Shown one piece after another: positions 51,672-61,937 of a stretch of DNA of 64,000 nucleotides. A program made the translations under genes and the position numbers. The DNA is from Candidatus Poribacteria bacterium (lineage in GTDB: Bacteria > Poribacteria > WGA-4E > WGA-3G), in the NCBI GenBank assembly GCA_964291315.2, contig OZ219750.1:1-64000 (forward strand), read 5' to 3'. The notes beneath the pieces were generated by a model. The model did not search any database. It saw only the letters and a list, made by a program, of their open reading frames with translations, and was not told the origin of the DNA. Position 1 is the stretch's first letter; every line of letters starts with the position of its first letter.

Positions 51672-52493
51672 TCAGATAGGGTCTGTCTCTGGCTGTGCCG
51701 CGGTGTAACATTCGGTAAGGTTCTCATCGGAGAGTGTTTCGACACCTCTGTGGGTAACGGTTTTGATAGTTGGGAAAATTTGTGCGCGTGCGTTGTACCC
51801 GCTAGTTGCTGCGTCATATTCGCTTGCGGTATCCAAGAGTCGTAAGATAGTGATTGTTGCTTGGCGCTCATCCATTTCTTGCAGCGGGGTTTCGCCGAAC
51901 CGTGATAGGTAGCGTAGGACCCCTCGAATCCAGATAGAACCAGAGCCTGTTGTGGCGAAATTGACGTTTTCAAAGTGTGCCCCGAGTGCGTCATAGAAGA
52001 AAATCTTGCCGCGGTTCTGTGCCTCAGGGGCATCTTGGAGGTAGAAGGCAAAGATCGGAATGACTCCTCCGATTCCTTGGAGTGCCATCGCCAGGTTATC
52101 ACGGATAAGCCGAGAAAGCATTCGGAGTTTGCCTTCGAGACTCAACTCTTGGAGCTGACTACGGCGGAAGTATTGAAACGAATGTTCAAGGATTCTAGCA
52201 ATCTCATAGGCAATGGCTGGTGATCCAGAAATAGCAAGCACGGAATACTTATCAATCTCTAATACTTTCTCGGCGCGATCATAGATAACAGCGGTACCAG
52301 CAGTGGCACGCCGATCGCCAGCAATCATGACCCCATCTCGGTAACGGAGGGCGACGACGGTAGTGCTATGCGCGATCTCTATATCCGCCTGATGCTGTGT
52401 TTCAGGAGTCAAACCTATCTGCAGCGGATAGTTTGCGTGTTGCAAGAGACTCAGAAAGTCTCCTTTATGGTTTATTGCGTTTTTAATTGGCAT
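51672..52493 (-). CDS. prcB: 20S proteasome beta subunit
   Basis: Propeptide then HS|TTVVALRY, AGDRRATAG, EKV, TGSGS, YDAATSG. Confidence 0.92.
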   Translation of the reverse strand: MPIKNAINHKGDFLSLLQHANYPLQIGLTPETQHQADIEIAHSTTVVALRYRDGVMIAGDRRATAGTAVIYDRAEKVLEIDKYSVLAISGSPAIAYEIARILEHSFQYFRRSQLQELSLEGKLRMLSRLIRDNLAMALQGIGGVIPIFAFYLQDAPEAQNRGKIFFYDALGAHFENVNFATTGSGSIWIRGVLRYLSRFGETPLQEMDERQATITILRLLDTASEYDAATSGYNARAQIFPTIKTVTHRGVETLSDENLTECYTAAQPETDPI

Positions 52494-52559
52494 CTTGATA
52501 TTAGCGAGGCTGAGAGGGTGGAAGGGAAAAATAGAGATAGACCTTCCACGCCTCGAATT

Positions 52560-52751
52560 TTATTCACCGGTTCTTTGCCGGTAGCGCCGAGATTGATCTT
52601 TGTCAACCCTTCGCATGCGTTTGAGTAGTTCTTGGGTATCGGGTCTGCTGATTTTCTGGCGTTTCGGTCCGTCACTGTCACCATCGTCTGGACCGATTGG
52701 CTTTGTCTCTTTCTGCTTGCGTTCAAGCTGGGAAATCAGTTTAGGGTCCAC
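52560..52751 (-). CDS. ubact: UBact, ubiquitin-like/Pup-analogous modifier
   Basis: 63 aa, disordered; LLKRMRRVD...YRQRTGE matches the UBact R[ST]G[EQ] C-terminus; lies between dop and prcB; SD AAGGAG. Confidence 0.9.
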   Translation of the reverse strand: MDPKLISQLERKQKETKPIGPDDGDSDGPKRQKISRPDTQELLKRMRRVDKDQSRRYRQRTGE

Positions 52752-52774
52752 TTTACATCTCCTTTTTAGTAGTT

Positions 52775-52910
52775 GGACTTATGCACTAAAAGCCCGGTAG
52801 GTGTAATTTATACCTGGGGTTTTCCGCGGTTGGAAGGTGCCCCGGTCCTGCAGGGATAAATACCTGCCTCATAGCAAAATTTGCATATTGACACAATTTT
52901 GCGTAAGTTC
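52775..52910. repeat. Small element bounded by imperfect inverted repeats (MITE-like)
   Basis: GGACTTATGCA ... TGCGTAAGTTC, 9/11 inverted match. Confidence 0.4.
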
Positions 52911-54502
52911 TATTCTAGGAAGTGCAATTTTTTGATTAATGTTGCAACGTCTGGTGATTCATCGAGTGCTTTGTTATACTGATGTGCGATTTCTGCATCA
53001 GCGAGTGCGTTAAGATTAATTTCATGAATGCGTCCGTTGAGTGTGAAGGTAATACTATCCCACTGAATGGCTTTTATAGAGGTGCTGAATCGATCAACAG
53101 CGCGTCCCCGGAAATATGCGCGCGTGCCGGGGGGCGGATTGTGAAGGGCCTCGTCAATCTGATCTTCTGTGACAACCCGTCGCATCGGAAGCCCATAGTA
53201 TAGTCCTTCGTTTGGGTTGATGTTATGGTATTCCAAATCCAAACTTTGGAGCCACGGATTGCTCCAAGTGATTTTTTCTTCTTCCGCGAAGGTTTGTAGT
53301 AGCCACTTCTTCGCGACCCAGTCGAGCCGGTCAATGAGTGCCATTGGTTCTGTTTCAAGTTGGTTGAGCGTATTTTCCCATTCGGCAAGCACCCAGTCGG
53401 TTTCAAGTCCTGTCTCTTCTCCGAGGTGTTTTTGAGCAAGGGCGAGGTATTCGCGTTGATGGTCGATAGCGGACATCGTTCTACCGTCTGCTGTCATCAC
53501 TATCCAACGATATGTCTGATCGTGGGATATGGTTTTAACAGTATCAATTGGATTTGCGAGGCTTAGATTTTCGGGAATTTTATTTTGTTCAATCAATGTG
53601 ATAACGAGTGCAGTCGTCCCGACTTTGAGAGCGGTTGCGTACTCGGACATATTTGCGTCGCCAACGATTCCGTGGAGTCTACGATATTTCGCGGGGTCGG
53701 CGTGTGGTTCATCTCGTGTATTGACGATAGGTCGGTTATGCATTGTGTCGATGCTGGCTTCGACGTGAAAGAAATCTGCCCGTTGTGAGAGTTGATAGTG
53801 TCCTGGTGTTGCGAGTCCGGCTTCTGTTTCAATACCGATTTTTCCTGCGCCGGCGAAGATTTGGCGTGTAATGAAGAAAGGCATAATGCCCTGTTTGAGT
53901 TTTTCGAAGGGCACTGTGCGTGACATGAGATAATTGTCGTGGCATCCGTAGCTATGCCCGTGTAAATCGGTATTATTTTTGTAGAGCAGTACGCGCTTTC
54001 CAAGCTGCTGACTGCGTGTTTCGGCGCACCGTTGTAGGATACGTTCGCCGGCTTTATCGTGTGCAACGAGTTCAAAGAGGCTGCTGCATTCGGGTGTAGA
54101 ATATTCGGGGTGTGCATGGTCGTTGTAGAGGCGTGCTCCGTTGGCGAGGATGTGATCGCTCTTGATTTGGGCAAAAGAGAGGCGATTTTTTTTATTTTGT
54201 TCGCGATCGCGTGCTTCTTCTGTCTTTTCATCGGGATGGTTAGAAAGCGCGTTTACCCGAAAGCCGCGTTCATCTCGAAACGGGTCTTCTCCTCGGTAGT
54301 CCCAGATGGGTTGAAAATCTTCTTGGCGATAGCTTTTTATCAGCTCGATTGACTGTCTAACAGCATCAATGTTTGCTGTGTTTTCGAGTGTTATCCCATA
54401 TTCAGTTTCAATTCCAAAAAGTCTTTGCATTTGGCTATAAGCAGTCGGTGGCCAGGGGGCAGTAGTGGTTTGTGGTGGTGACGTGTATTGCGTGTTTGCC
54501 AC
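52910..54502 (-). CDS. dop: Depupylase/deamidase Dop (start may be ATG 54430)
   Basis: RLFGIETEYG, Dop loop WDYRGEDPFRDERGF, NGARLYNDHAHPEYSTPEC, RPIVNTRDEPHAD, TRAYFRG. Confidence 0.92.
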   Translation of the reverse strand: MANTQYTSPPQTTTAPWPPTAYSQMQRLFGIETEYGITLENTANIDAVRQSIELIKSYRQEDFQPIWDYRGEDPFRDERGFRVNALSNHPDEKTEEARDREQNKKNRLSFAQIKSDHILANGARLYNDHAHPEYSTPECSSLFELVAHDKAGERILQRCAETRSQQLGKRVLLYKNNTDLHGHSYGCHDNYLMSRTVPFEKLKQGIMPFFITRQIFAGAGKIGIETEAGLATPGHYQLSQRADFFHVEASIDTMHNRPIVNTRDEPHADPAKYRRLHGIVGDANMSEYATALKVGTTALVITLIEQNKIPENLSLANPIDTVKTISHDQTYRWIVMTADGRTMSAIDHQREYLALAQKHLGEETGLETDWVLAEWENTLNQLETEPMALIDRLDWVAKKWLLQTFAEEEKITWSNPWLQSLDLEYHNINPNEGLYYGLPMRRVVTEDQIDEALHNPPPGTRAYFRGRAVDRFSTSIKAIQWDSITFTLNGRIHEINLNALADAEIAHQYNKALDESPDVATLIKKLHFLE

Positions 54503-54566
54503 AAACCACTTTTAACTGATAGTTGAAGAGCGAGGGCGGCTATTTTCTGGCGACCGATAATTCCTT

Positions 54567-56396
54567 CTAAATGACTCGTGATCCGGAGGTTCTGCGTTTC
54601 TCCTGTTTTTGAGTGTTGATAGGTGTAACCTTGACGACATTTGCGGGGTCGTAATCAAGGAGTTTGAGCCAATTTTCTGTAGCTTCTGTTGGTGGGAAGA
54701 TTTCACTTTCACTGTACTCGGCGGCAAGAGCGTCTAGCAGGTCTGCGCGTGAAATACCGTTCTCTTTCTCGGGGTTCTGAATTGCCCGTTTGAGTGCGGA
54801 TTCCTTGGCTCGTTGTACAATAGACTCGATAATTGCGCCGCTACAGAGATGCCCACGATAGAGGGTATCCCGTCTGCCGCTTCGGAGTGCGACTTCGAGG
54901 AATCGGTTTTCCTCGCTCTCACGGAACATTTCATCGACCACTTGTGCGATTAAGTCCTCGACTGCTTTTTCTGCGGGAATCAGGTCAGGTGCTGCGTCCG
55001 CTGGTTGTGCCTCATCTATAGGTTCGACGTGTTGATTAAGGCGGTCTTCTGAGGCAATCGGTAGTTCAGGTGTGAGGTAGATACGGAAAATGTCTTTCGC
55101 GGCGTTGACATCCGGGCGAGTCACTTTGATTTTTCTGTCGATACGTCCTGGGCGCAGTATAGCAGGATCAATTAAATCTGGTCGGTTTGTGGCGAGGATA
55201 ATAACGACATCTTGTAAAGATTCAATTCCATCCATTTCTGCGCAGAACATTGGAACGAGGGTATTAGAGATGCTATGGGATCTGAGGGCGCGTCGCGTGC
55301 CTAGAATAGATTCTGCTTCATCTATAAAGACGAACGCCAATTTTCCGTCTTCCTTTTTCTCGCGTGCGATCTGAAAAATCTCACGTACCTTGCGTTCGGA
55401 CTCGCCGAGCCACATGTTCAGGATTTCAGGTCCTTTGATGTGGAGAAAACAGCCTTGAATATCTTCGTTGCTTTCTTTGCGGAGTCGCTGTGTCAAATTA
55501 TAGGCAGTTGCCTTGCCGATGAGCGTTTTTCCACATCCTGGAGGTCCGTGTAGTAGGAATCCTTTTGGGGCACTGTATTGGAACCTTTCGAAAAGTTCAG
55601 GGTGCAGGATTGGGAGTTCGATTGTGTCCTTAATTTTTTGAATTGTTTCGTCTAGTCCGCCTACCTTTGACCAAGGTATATCAGGGACAGCCTCAAGTGC
55701 ATAAACATCTGTTTCTTTGGCAGCGAGATGTTCGAGGGCAACCCGGAAGTTGGGGTCAATGCGTACCTCGTCGCCGGGTTTAAGTTTAACATCGGTGAGG
55801 TCTGTGGAGCGTTGCAGGATAACAGATTGTGAGTTGAATTCTTGACCTGTGCGGAGGCGGCCGTCGGGCATGATGTCTATTATTTCTGTGATAGGACCGG
55901 CCTCGTTGTATCCGAGGTCTCCGACGACAACATATGCCTCGTTTAGCAGGACGCTGGATCCTTTTTTGAGGTTTTTCGGGTCTAGTTGTGTATCGAGATT
56001 GGCGTAGTATTCGGAGCCGCCGACGATGACACGGGCGATGTCCTCTTTAGGCAATCCGAGGAGCGTACCGATCCTGTTAGCAGGTGAGGTGAGTTTTTTG
56101 ATATGTGCCTCCATTTCGTCATGGATACGGAGTGCTTCTTCTTGAATTGCCTGAATTCTTTCCCGAAATTCCTCTTCATCATTGATGATAGAACGTCGAA
56201 GTTCAAGCAGCCAGCGGCGACGGGGGTCATCGACCGGGGTTTCTACGATAATGTGATGGATGAGCTGCAACGAATAACCGGAACTTGTTTCATCGTCTTC
56301 GGTGATGATTTCTTCCTCGATGTCGTCATGTTCACTAAACATATCGCGCGTGTCGGGGCTGTTGTCAGCAACTTTACGATTCTTCTTATCGTACAT
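54567..56396 (-). CDS. arc: Proteasomal AAA+ ATPase (ARC/Mpa family)
   Basis: N-terminal coiled coil, OB folds, GPPGCGKT, KGPEILNMWLGESER, FIDEAE, DPAILRPGRIDRK. Confidence 0.93.
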   Translation of the reverse strand: MYDKKNRKVADNSPDTRDMFSEHDDIEEEIITEDDETSSGYSLQLIHHIIVETPVDDPRRRWLLELRRSIINDEEEFRERIQAIQEEALRIHDEMEAHIKKLTSPANRIGTLLGLPKEDIARVIVGGSEYYANLDTQLDPKNLKKGSSVLLNEAYVVVGDLGYNEAGPITEIIDIMPDGRLRTGQEFNSQSVILQRSTDLTDVKLKPGDEVRIDPNFRVALEHLAAKETDVYALEAVPDIPWSKVGGLDETIQKIKDTIELPILHPELFERFQYSAPKGFLLHGPPGCGKTLIGKATAYNLTQRLRKESNEDIQGCFLHIKGPEILNMWLGESERKVREIFQIAREKKEDGKLAFVFIDEAESILGTRRALRSHSISNTLVPMFCAEMDGIESLQDVVIILATNRPDLIDPAILRPGRIDRKIKVTRPDVNAAKDIFRIYLTPELPIASEDRLNQHVEPIDEAQPADAAPDLIPAEKAVEDLIAQVVDEMFRESEENRFLEVALRSGRRDTLYRGHLCSGAIIESIVQRAKESALKRAIQNPEKENGISRADLLDALAAEYSESEIFPPTEATENWLKLLDYDPANVVKVTPINTQKQEKRRTSGSRVI

Positions 56397-56754
56397 TTTG
56401 AATGCTCCTCAGACAGAAACGGATGACTTTACGATAGAGTTTACCACAGATTCCAGAATTTTGCGAGTCTTTTTTTCACTTGGCAAGCAGCAACGATTCT
56501 ACATTTCTGTCTGTTGTAGATGCTGCCTAAGCCGAGATTTCTATGATAATCTGCTATAGTTTAGCACGATCTCTAACAAAAACGCAAGGGAAAAGCGAAT
56601 TTGCTGGGGGTCAGTGGTTATTTGAATGCATATTGAGTACGGATAAGCTCTCGCTTACGTGCGTTTTTTTAGCGATGGGCAAATTTGCAGCGTAATTATA
56701 CAGTATTCTCACTCAGAAATCAATATTTTATCATATTGGCTTTGGAATTCGTTG

Positions 56755-57069
56755 TTAATTTTTTCTGGTTTTAAAAGAGTGTAAAAGGGTTTGTCTCTCC
56801 TCCCAATCCGGGAGGTATGCTGACATGAAGCTTTTGAAGAGTTTGCCGTGGTTTGGAACGAGGAGATGGACTAATTCATGAACAATGACGAATTCTGTCA
56901 ACGCTTTCGGTAGGTTAAGCAGCTCGGTGTTGAGCGTCAAGCGTCTATTGATTGATATAGATGCCCACTTTCTCCGCATCTGCCGGAGATGGATCTGCTG
57001 TACCTTCACATTGATGCGTTCTGCCCAGTAACACACCATGTCTCTTAATTCTGATCTGTGAGCGTTCAT
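56755..57069 (-). CDS. YgjP/DUF45 (M48-like) metallopeptidase
   Basis: RKWAS, VHELVH (HExxH), NHGKLF, PDW; ATGA overlap with the hsdR stop. Confidence 0.85.
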   Translation of the reverse strand: MNAHRSELRDMVCYWAERINVKVQQIHLRQMRRKWASISINRRLTLNTELLNLPKALTEFVIVHELVHLLVPNHGKLFKSFMSAYLPDWEERQTLLHSFKTRKN

Positions 57070-59966
57070 ACGCGTTCTAACTTGAGCAATGTGTTTGTGG
57101 TTTCGATTAGGTTTTCCTTGCCGACTGTGGGTATGAGCGTGCGGTAGAGTGTGCCTCGCAATTCTTTTTCTTCGTGTGCATCCCACTGATAGTTTGGATA
57201 TTGTGTAAAGACTTGGTCAACAGCGCGTGCCTGTTCAGGCGTAATATCTTCTATTGCATTCTTGAGAACGGTATAAACGGCGTAGGTGTTTTCATCTAAG
57301 TCCATTTGTTTGCTTTCCCTAGCAGCTTGTGCGTACTCTTCGGCTAACCTTTTGAATTCAGCCAAGACATCTTGTGTGGTGAGTTGTCGGTTTTCATAAG
57401 CTTCTGTGACGGCTTCTGCGCGGTCGCCAATCGAGATCAGGAATGGCTTATGTTTGCCTTCATTTGCGACTGTTTGTTGCAATGCCTTCCGTAAGTTCTG
57501 AACTTTAACGGTATCGGATGTATTACTTTGCTCCATCTGCTGTAAGGTATCGTTGTGCAATTCGTAGACGGCATCGGGCAATTCAAATAGATGACTCTCC
57601 GTATGTGTTTGTAAGAGTTCCCGCGTTTTGGCGGTTAGTTCCTTATCAACATAAATACGTTCAGAATAAGCGTTACGGATGAGCCCGTAGAGGGTTGCAA
57701 GTGCCTGATAGTCTTTGATAAATGGGTGCAAGAAGGGATTAGGTGATAGGATGTCATAGAGATTCTGCATCGTTTTGAAAAATTTGAAAAAGGTTTCGCG
57801 TTTGTCTTTGTCATCGAAATGCTCAATTGCTTGCTCTTTTGCTTTATCATCCCACCCGGTAGTAAGAGGTAGGTATTCGACTGCATCCTCACAGATTCGC
57901 TTTGCGAAATCGGCTTTGAGTACGTCAATATTGCGAATTACACTTGTCACTTCATCGGAATCGAAGGCGAGAGCCTTCTCAAGGTTCTCGAAGATGCCGA
58001 CGAAGTCTAAGACGAAGCCTGCGGACTTTACCAAGCCTTCCGCGTCTTCATAAGGTCGGTTGACGCGTGCGATTGCCTGTAACAAAACGTGGTCGCGCAT
58101 CGGTTTATCGAGGTACATACAGTAGAGGATTGGTGCGTCAAAGCCGGTCAGCAATTTCTGGGTTACGATAAGGATTTTAGGGTTTTCGTTTTTGTTGATG
58201 AATTTTTTGCGGGTCTCTTTTTCTTCGTCTGCGGCGCGGTGATGTGTTTTTAGCTCCTCAGGGTCTTGATGATTCGGGGAATATACGACTTCCGAATATT
58301 CAGGGGGTATGTAGTTATCGAGTGCCTGCTTATACAAGACACACGCTTCTCGGTCTACAGCCACGAGGAACGCTTTGAAACCCATCGGTTCTACATTCTC
58401 GCGGAAATGTGTTGCGACGGCAGCAGCGATGCCGTTTATCCTGTCGGGGGCTTTTAGTATCGCCTTTAGCTGAACTGCTCGATCGAGGATTGCGTTGAGT
58501 TCTTCAAGGTTGCTCATCCCCTCGGCGATGGCGAGGTTTAGAAATTCGCGTTCTAATGTGTCCCGGTCGACGCGTAGGGCAGATGGTGCAAGGGCATAAT
58601 TGAGCGGTACGGTCGTGCCGTCTTCAATGGATTCGGTGATGGCGTATTTGTCGAGATAGCCTTGATCGTCATCCGTGCCGAAAACCTTGAATGTCCCCTC
58701 GCCTTTGGAGAGTTTGTCAATCGGTGTGCCGGTGAAACCGATATAGGTTGCGTTCGGTAGGGCTGCCATGAGATAGTTTCCGAAATCCCCGCCGGTGGTG
58801 CGGTGTGCTTCGTCGATGAGAATGACGACACTTTGGCGAGTGTTAAGGTTCGCTGGTCTTTTGTCGAACTTATGGATCATTGATACGATGAGGCCTCGGT
58901 AGTCGGAGACTAAGATCTGTTCAAGGGCCTCTTTGCTCTGTGCGATTTCAACTGTTGTAATGCCGTAGCCGGTGATGTTTTTAAAGAGTTGGCTCTCCAA
59001 TTCATTTCGATCGACGATCATCAGGACGGTGGGTTTTTCTGTCTGCTGTCCACTTCGTAGGAGACGGGAGGCGATGGTTATCATCGTGAGGGTTTTACCA
59101 CTGCCCTGTGTGTGCCAGACGAGTCCGCGCCGTTTATTGGGGTTATGTACTCGTTCAATGACTTTTTCGACTGCCCGGGTCTGGTGTTGCCGCAACACAA
59201 CTTTGTTGAGTTGGTCGTCTCTGTTCTGGAAGATGATTAAATGCTGTAACACTTTGAGGAAGCGTTCGCGGTCAAAGAAGGTTTTGACTTTCTGTTCGTA
59301 GCTATTTTGTAATCCGAGAATTCCGGTTGTGGAAGGAGCTTCGCCGGCTTTCCACTTAAACAAGCTTTTGCGGCTGGTATTCCACGTCACACTATAGAAA
59401 AAATCGAGCAGTTGTGTGACACCAAAGATTTGTGCGGTGGTGAACATTTCTGGGGTTTCACTGTGATAGCGGCGGATCTGCTCAACGCCGAGTGCTACGC
59501 CGTCCGGTCTGTTGGTGTTCTTCGTCTCAATAACTGCTACGGGGATTCCGTTAATGAGAAAGACGACATCGGCGCGGTTGCGGTGGACGGTGCCTTGTTG
59601 TTTCCATTCATCGGTTACATGGAATAGGTTTTTGTCCGGGGTATCGAAGTCAATTAGGGTAACGTTGCGATTGCGGTTCTGATTTTGAACGAAGGTTGAC
59701 TGTTCGCCGCGGAGCCATGAGAGTGCATCTCGGTTTCCTTCGAGGGTTGGTTTGAGGGTGCGCAGTTGCCGTATAACATTTGCACACTCGGCTTCGCTCA
59801 GGATGTTTTTGTTAAGTTTGATAAGTTGTGCTTGCAGGATATCGGTAAAATAGCGTTCGGTTTCTCCGCGGCGCATACGCTTGGCTGCTGGTTGAGAAAT
59901 AGACTGCCAGCCGATGTCATCAGCATATTTTAGCAAAGGTTTCTGCACTGCGGAACGTTCAGACAT
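57066..59966 (-). CDS. hsdR: Type I restriction enzyme R subunit
   Basis: RADVVFLINGIPVAVIETK nuclease, WHTQGSGKT, IDEAHR, FTGTP, LLTGFDAP, QAIARVNR. Confidence 0.95.
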   Translation of the reverse strand: MSERSAVQKPLLKYADDIGWQSISQPAAKRMRRGETERYFTDILQAQLIKLNKNILSEAECANVIRQLRTLKPTLEGNRDALSWLRGEQSTFVQNQNRNRNVTLIDFDTPDKNLFHVTDEWKQQGTVHRNRADVVFLINGIPVAVIETKNTNRPDGVALGVEQIRRYHSETPEMFTTAQIFGVTQLLDFFYSVTWNTSRKSLFKWKAGEAPSTTGILGLQNSYEQKVKTFFDRERFLKVLQHLIIFQNRDDQLNKVVLRQHQTRAVEKVIERVHNPNKRRGLVWHTQGSGKTLTMITIASRLLRSGQQTEKPTVLMIVDRNELESQLFKNITGYGITTVEIAQSKEALEQILVSDYRGLIVSMIHKFDKRPANLNTRQSVVILIDEAHRTTGGDFGNYLMAALPNATYIGFTGTPIDKLSKGEGTFKVFGTDDDQGYLDKYAITESIEDGTTVPLNYALAPSALRVDRDTLEREFLNLAIAEGMSNLEELNAILDRAVQLKAILKAPDRINGIAAAVATHFRENVEPMGFKAFLVAVDREACVLYKQALDNYIPPEYSEVVYSPNHQDPEELKTHHRAADEEKETRKKFINKNENPKILIVTQKLLTGFDAPILYCMYLDKPMRDHVLLQAIARVNRPYEDAEGLVKSAGFVLDFVGIFENLEKALAFDSDEVTSVIRNIDVLKADFAKRICEDAVEYLPLTTGWDDKAKEQAIEHFDDKDKRETFFKFFKTMQNLYDILSPNPFLHPFIKDYQALATLYGLIRNAYSERIYVDKELTAKTRELLQTHTESHLFELPDAVYELHNDTLQQMEQSNTSDTVKVQNLRKALQQTVANEGKHKPFLISIGDRAEAVTEAYENRQLTTQDVLAEFKRLAEEYAQAARESKQMDLDENTYAVYTVLKNAIEDITPEQARAVDQVFTQYPNYQWDAHEEKELRGTLYRTLIPTVGKENLIETTNTLLKLERV

Positions 59967-60006
59967 AATGGCATCAACATCGGACGTGCAAAGTTTTTCA
60001 TGTTTT

Positions 60007-60585
60007 TTAGTTAGGGAATGTTACGCGTGTGTAGATATCCTGCAAAGCCAATTTGCATTTGATCGCGTTGAGCATCAGAACATCTTCAGGCGTGTGAAAT
60101 GTTTTTGCCGCCCACTGTGCCTCAACAAGCCGAAAATGTTCAACGTGAATCCTGTCTTGTGAAACGAGAATATATTCTTGCAAGGACGCGAGTTCTTGAT
60201 AATATAGGAATTTCTCGCCTCTGTCATAAGCTTCGGTTGAGGGTGAAAGTACTTCTACGATTAGGATAGGATTGAGGAGCGTATCAAAAACATTGTCCTC
60301 AAAATGAGGTTTACCGCAAATAACTGCGACATCTGGATAGAAGTAAGAACCTGTGGAACTTGTGCGGACGCGCATATCGGCACTGTAGATTTCACAACCG
60401 TATTTTCTTAATTGGAGATTAAGTGCTGTGGTTATATCCACTGTGATAAGATTATGGGCTCGACTTGCGTCGGACATTGCGAATAGTTCTCCGTGGCTGT
60501 ACTCGCTTTTATGTATAGCGCGACGTTCCGAGGCGAGGTATGCCTCAGGGGTAATGTAGGTATCGGTTGCTGTGACAGATGGCAT
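60007..60585 (-). CDS. Uma2 family endonuclease
   Basis: YPDVAV, IVEVLSPSTEAYDRGEK, LQEYILVSQD. Confidence 0.92.
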   Translation of the reverse strand: MPSVTATDTYITPEAYLASERRAIHKSEYSHGELFAMSDASRAHNLITVDITTALNLQLRKYGCEIYSADMRVRTSSTGSYFYPDVAVICGKPHFEDNVFDTLLNPILIVEVLSPSTEAYDRGEKFLYYQELASLQEYILVSQDRIHVEHFRLVEAQWAAKTFHTPEDVLMLNAIKCKLALQDIYTRVTFPN

Positions 60586-60614
60586 GTTTCTATCTCCACG
60601 AATCTGTTTTTTTA

Positions 60615-60643
60615 ATTATAGCATTTGATGGACAAAATCGCAA
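60615..60643 (-). promoter_or_regulatory. sigma70 promoter upstream of uma2-hsdR
   Basis: TTGCGA-17-TATAAT with extended -10 TG. Confidence 0.6.
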
Positions 60644-60698
60644 GGATGTGTAAAGACGCTGTTAATTATCTGGCTATCGGATTATCAATACTGTTGCA

Positions 60699-61937
60699 TT
60701 AATTTAGTTTGGGCTCTAAAGCATCAATGAGTGGGACAGCGGAGCGTTGTCCTGTCATTAATTCGTCAAGCATGGCGTGAAAGAGCTCATCGAGGTATTG
60801 TGTTTCTTGTTCGAGGGCTGCTATTTTTTTGTCAATTGCCCGGAACACATCGGTAATGGCGCGCTGTTCACGGAGTGGCGGAAGGGGAAAAGTGAATTTT
60901 CTCAAAGAGTTCCAGGTCGTTCTTGGATGATTTACTCCTCCTGTGGTTGCTATCGCGTAACGAATGAGGGATTGGGTATGGAGAAGATAGACTAAAAATA
61001 TCGGAATTGTTTTTGAGTTTGCGGTGACCACAAGAATATCGGTAGAACAAATTCCCTCCATTTCAGCAAGGATAGCCTTATCTAAATATGGTCGTAATTT
61101 TCCATACAGAACGTCATTGGGATAAAAATAATGTTTTGCACTTTTTACAAATGAGGCTTTTCCCCAACGTTGCAGTAAGCTTAAACCTGAGTCAATATGC
61201 TCAAGTCCGACATAATTAGAATTAGGACTATCTTTTGGATTGATATGTTTACGTCTTAAATCAGCTATTTCTTTCAGTTGGATTACTTCCCAGCTCTCAG
61301 GAATTTTGCCAATTTCCGTTTCTTTACGAGGTTCGTTCTTCGTGCCGTGTGAGAAGAGGTAATCTATCAGTGCAGCTTTGCGTTCGCGTTCTAATGTGAT
61401 TTCGCGTTGTCGGGTAATCTTTGCTTGTTGGATCGTTTGTAGGACGTGGGCGATGGCGCGTTGTTCGGGGAGTGGGGGTAGGGGCACTGCCATATTTTTT
61501 ACATTGGTCGCAGTAATCGCGGGTAGGGCGCCTGGGTTTGAAAGATCGGCTAAATCAATAAATTCAAACCAATACAGCAAATAATAAGGAATACATGATT
61601 TGTGATCCTGAATCGTTACTCCCATGACATTATTATCTACCAAACTGCTACAAGATAGTATACGTTTCTTATTGGTATAAATGGCCCCGCCTACTTTTGG
61701 AAAAATTACTGTATCTTTTGGAAATAATTTTGCTTTAAGTATTTTAACCGTATCTTCGTCTACGTAGTTATTCGATGTGTGCATTACAGTTTCGTTACCT
61801 GTTAGGTTCATGTCTGAAACTTTGTAAAACGGATATTTTCCTATTGTATTGCCTTGATGCACTTTCGGGAATGCTGATCCCGCACGAACGTTAGCAATCT
61901 TCTTTAATGAAATGAGCTTTCCATGTTCACACATCAC
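60699..61937 (-). CDS. hsdS: Type I restriction enzyme specificity subunit
   Basis: Two TRDs, each followed by LPPL.EQRAI; central TEIGKIPESW; SD AGGAGG. Confidence 0.93.
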   Translation of the reverse strand: MMCEHGKLISLKKIANVRAGSAFPKVHQGNTIGKYPFYKVSDMNLTGNETVMHTSNNYVDEDTVKILKAKLFPKDTVIFPKVGGAIYTNKKRILSCSSLVDNNVMGVTIQDHKSCIPYYLLYWFEFIDLADLSNPGALPAITATNVKNMAVPLPPLPEQRAIAHVLQTIQQAKITRQREITLERERKAALIDYLFSHGTKNEPRKETEIGKIPESWEVIQLKEIADLRRKHINPKDSPNSNYVGLEHIDSGLSLLQRWGKASFVKSAKHYFYPNDVLYGKLRPYLDKAILAEMEGICSTDILVVTANSKTIPIFLVYLLHTQSLIRYAIATTGGVNHPRTTWNSLRKFTFPLPPLREQRAITDVFRAIDKKIAALEQETQYLDELFHAMLDELMTGQRSAVPLIDALEPKLN

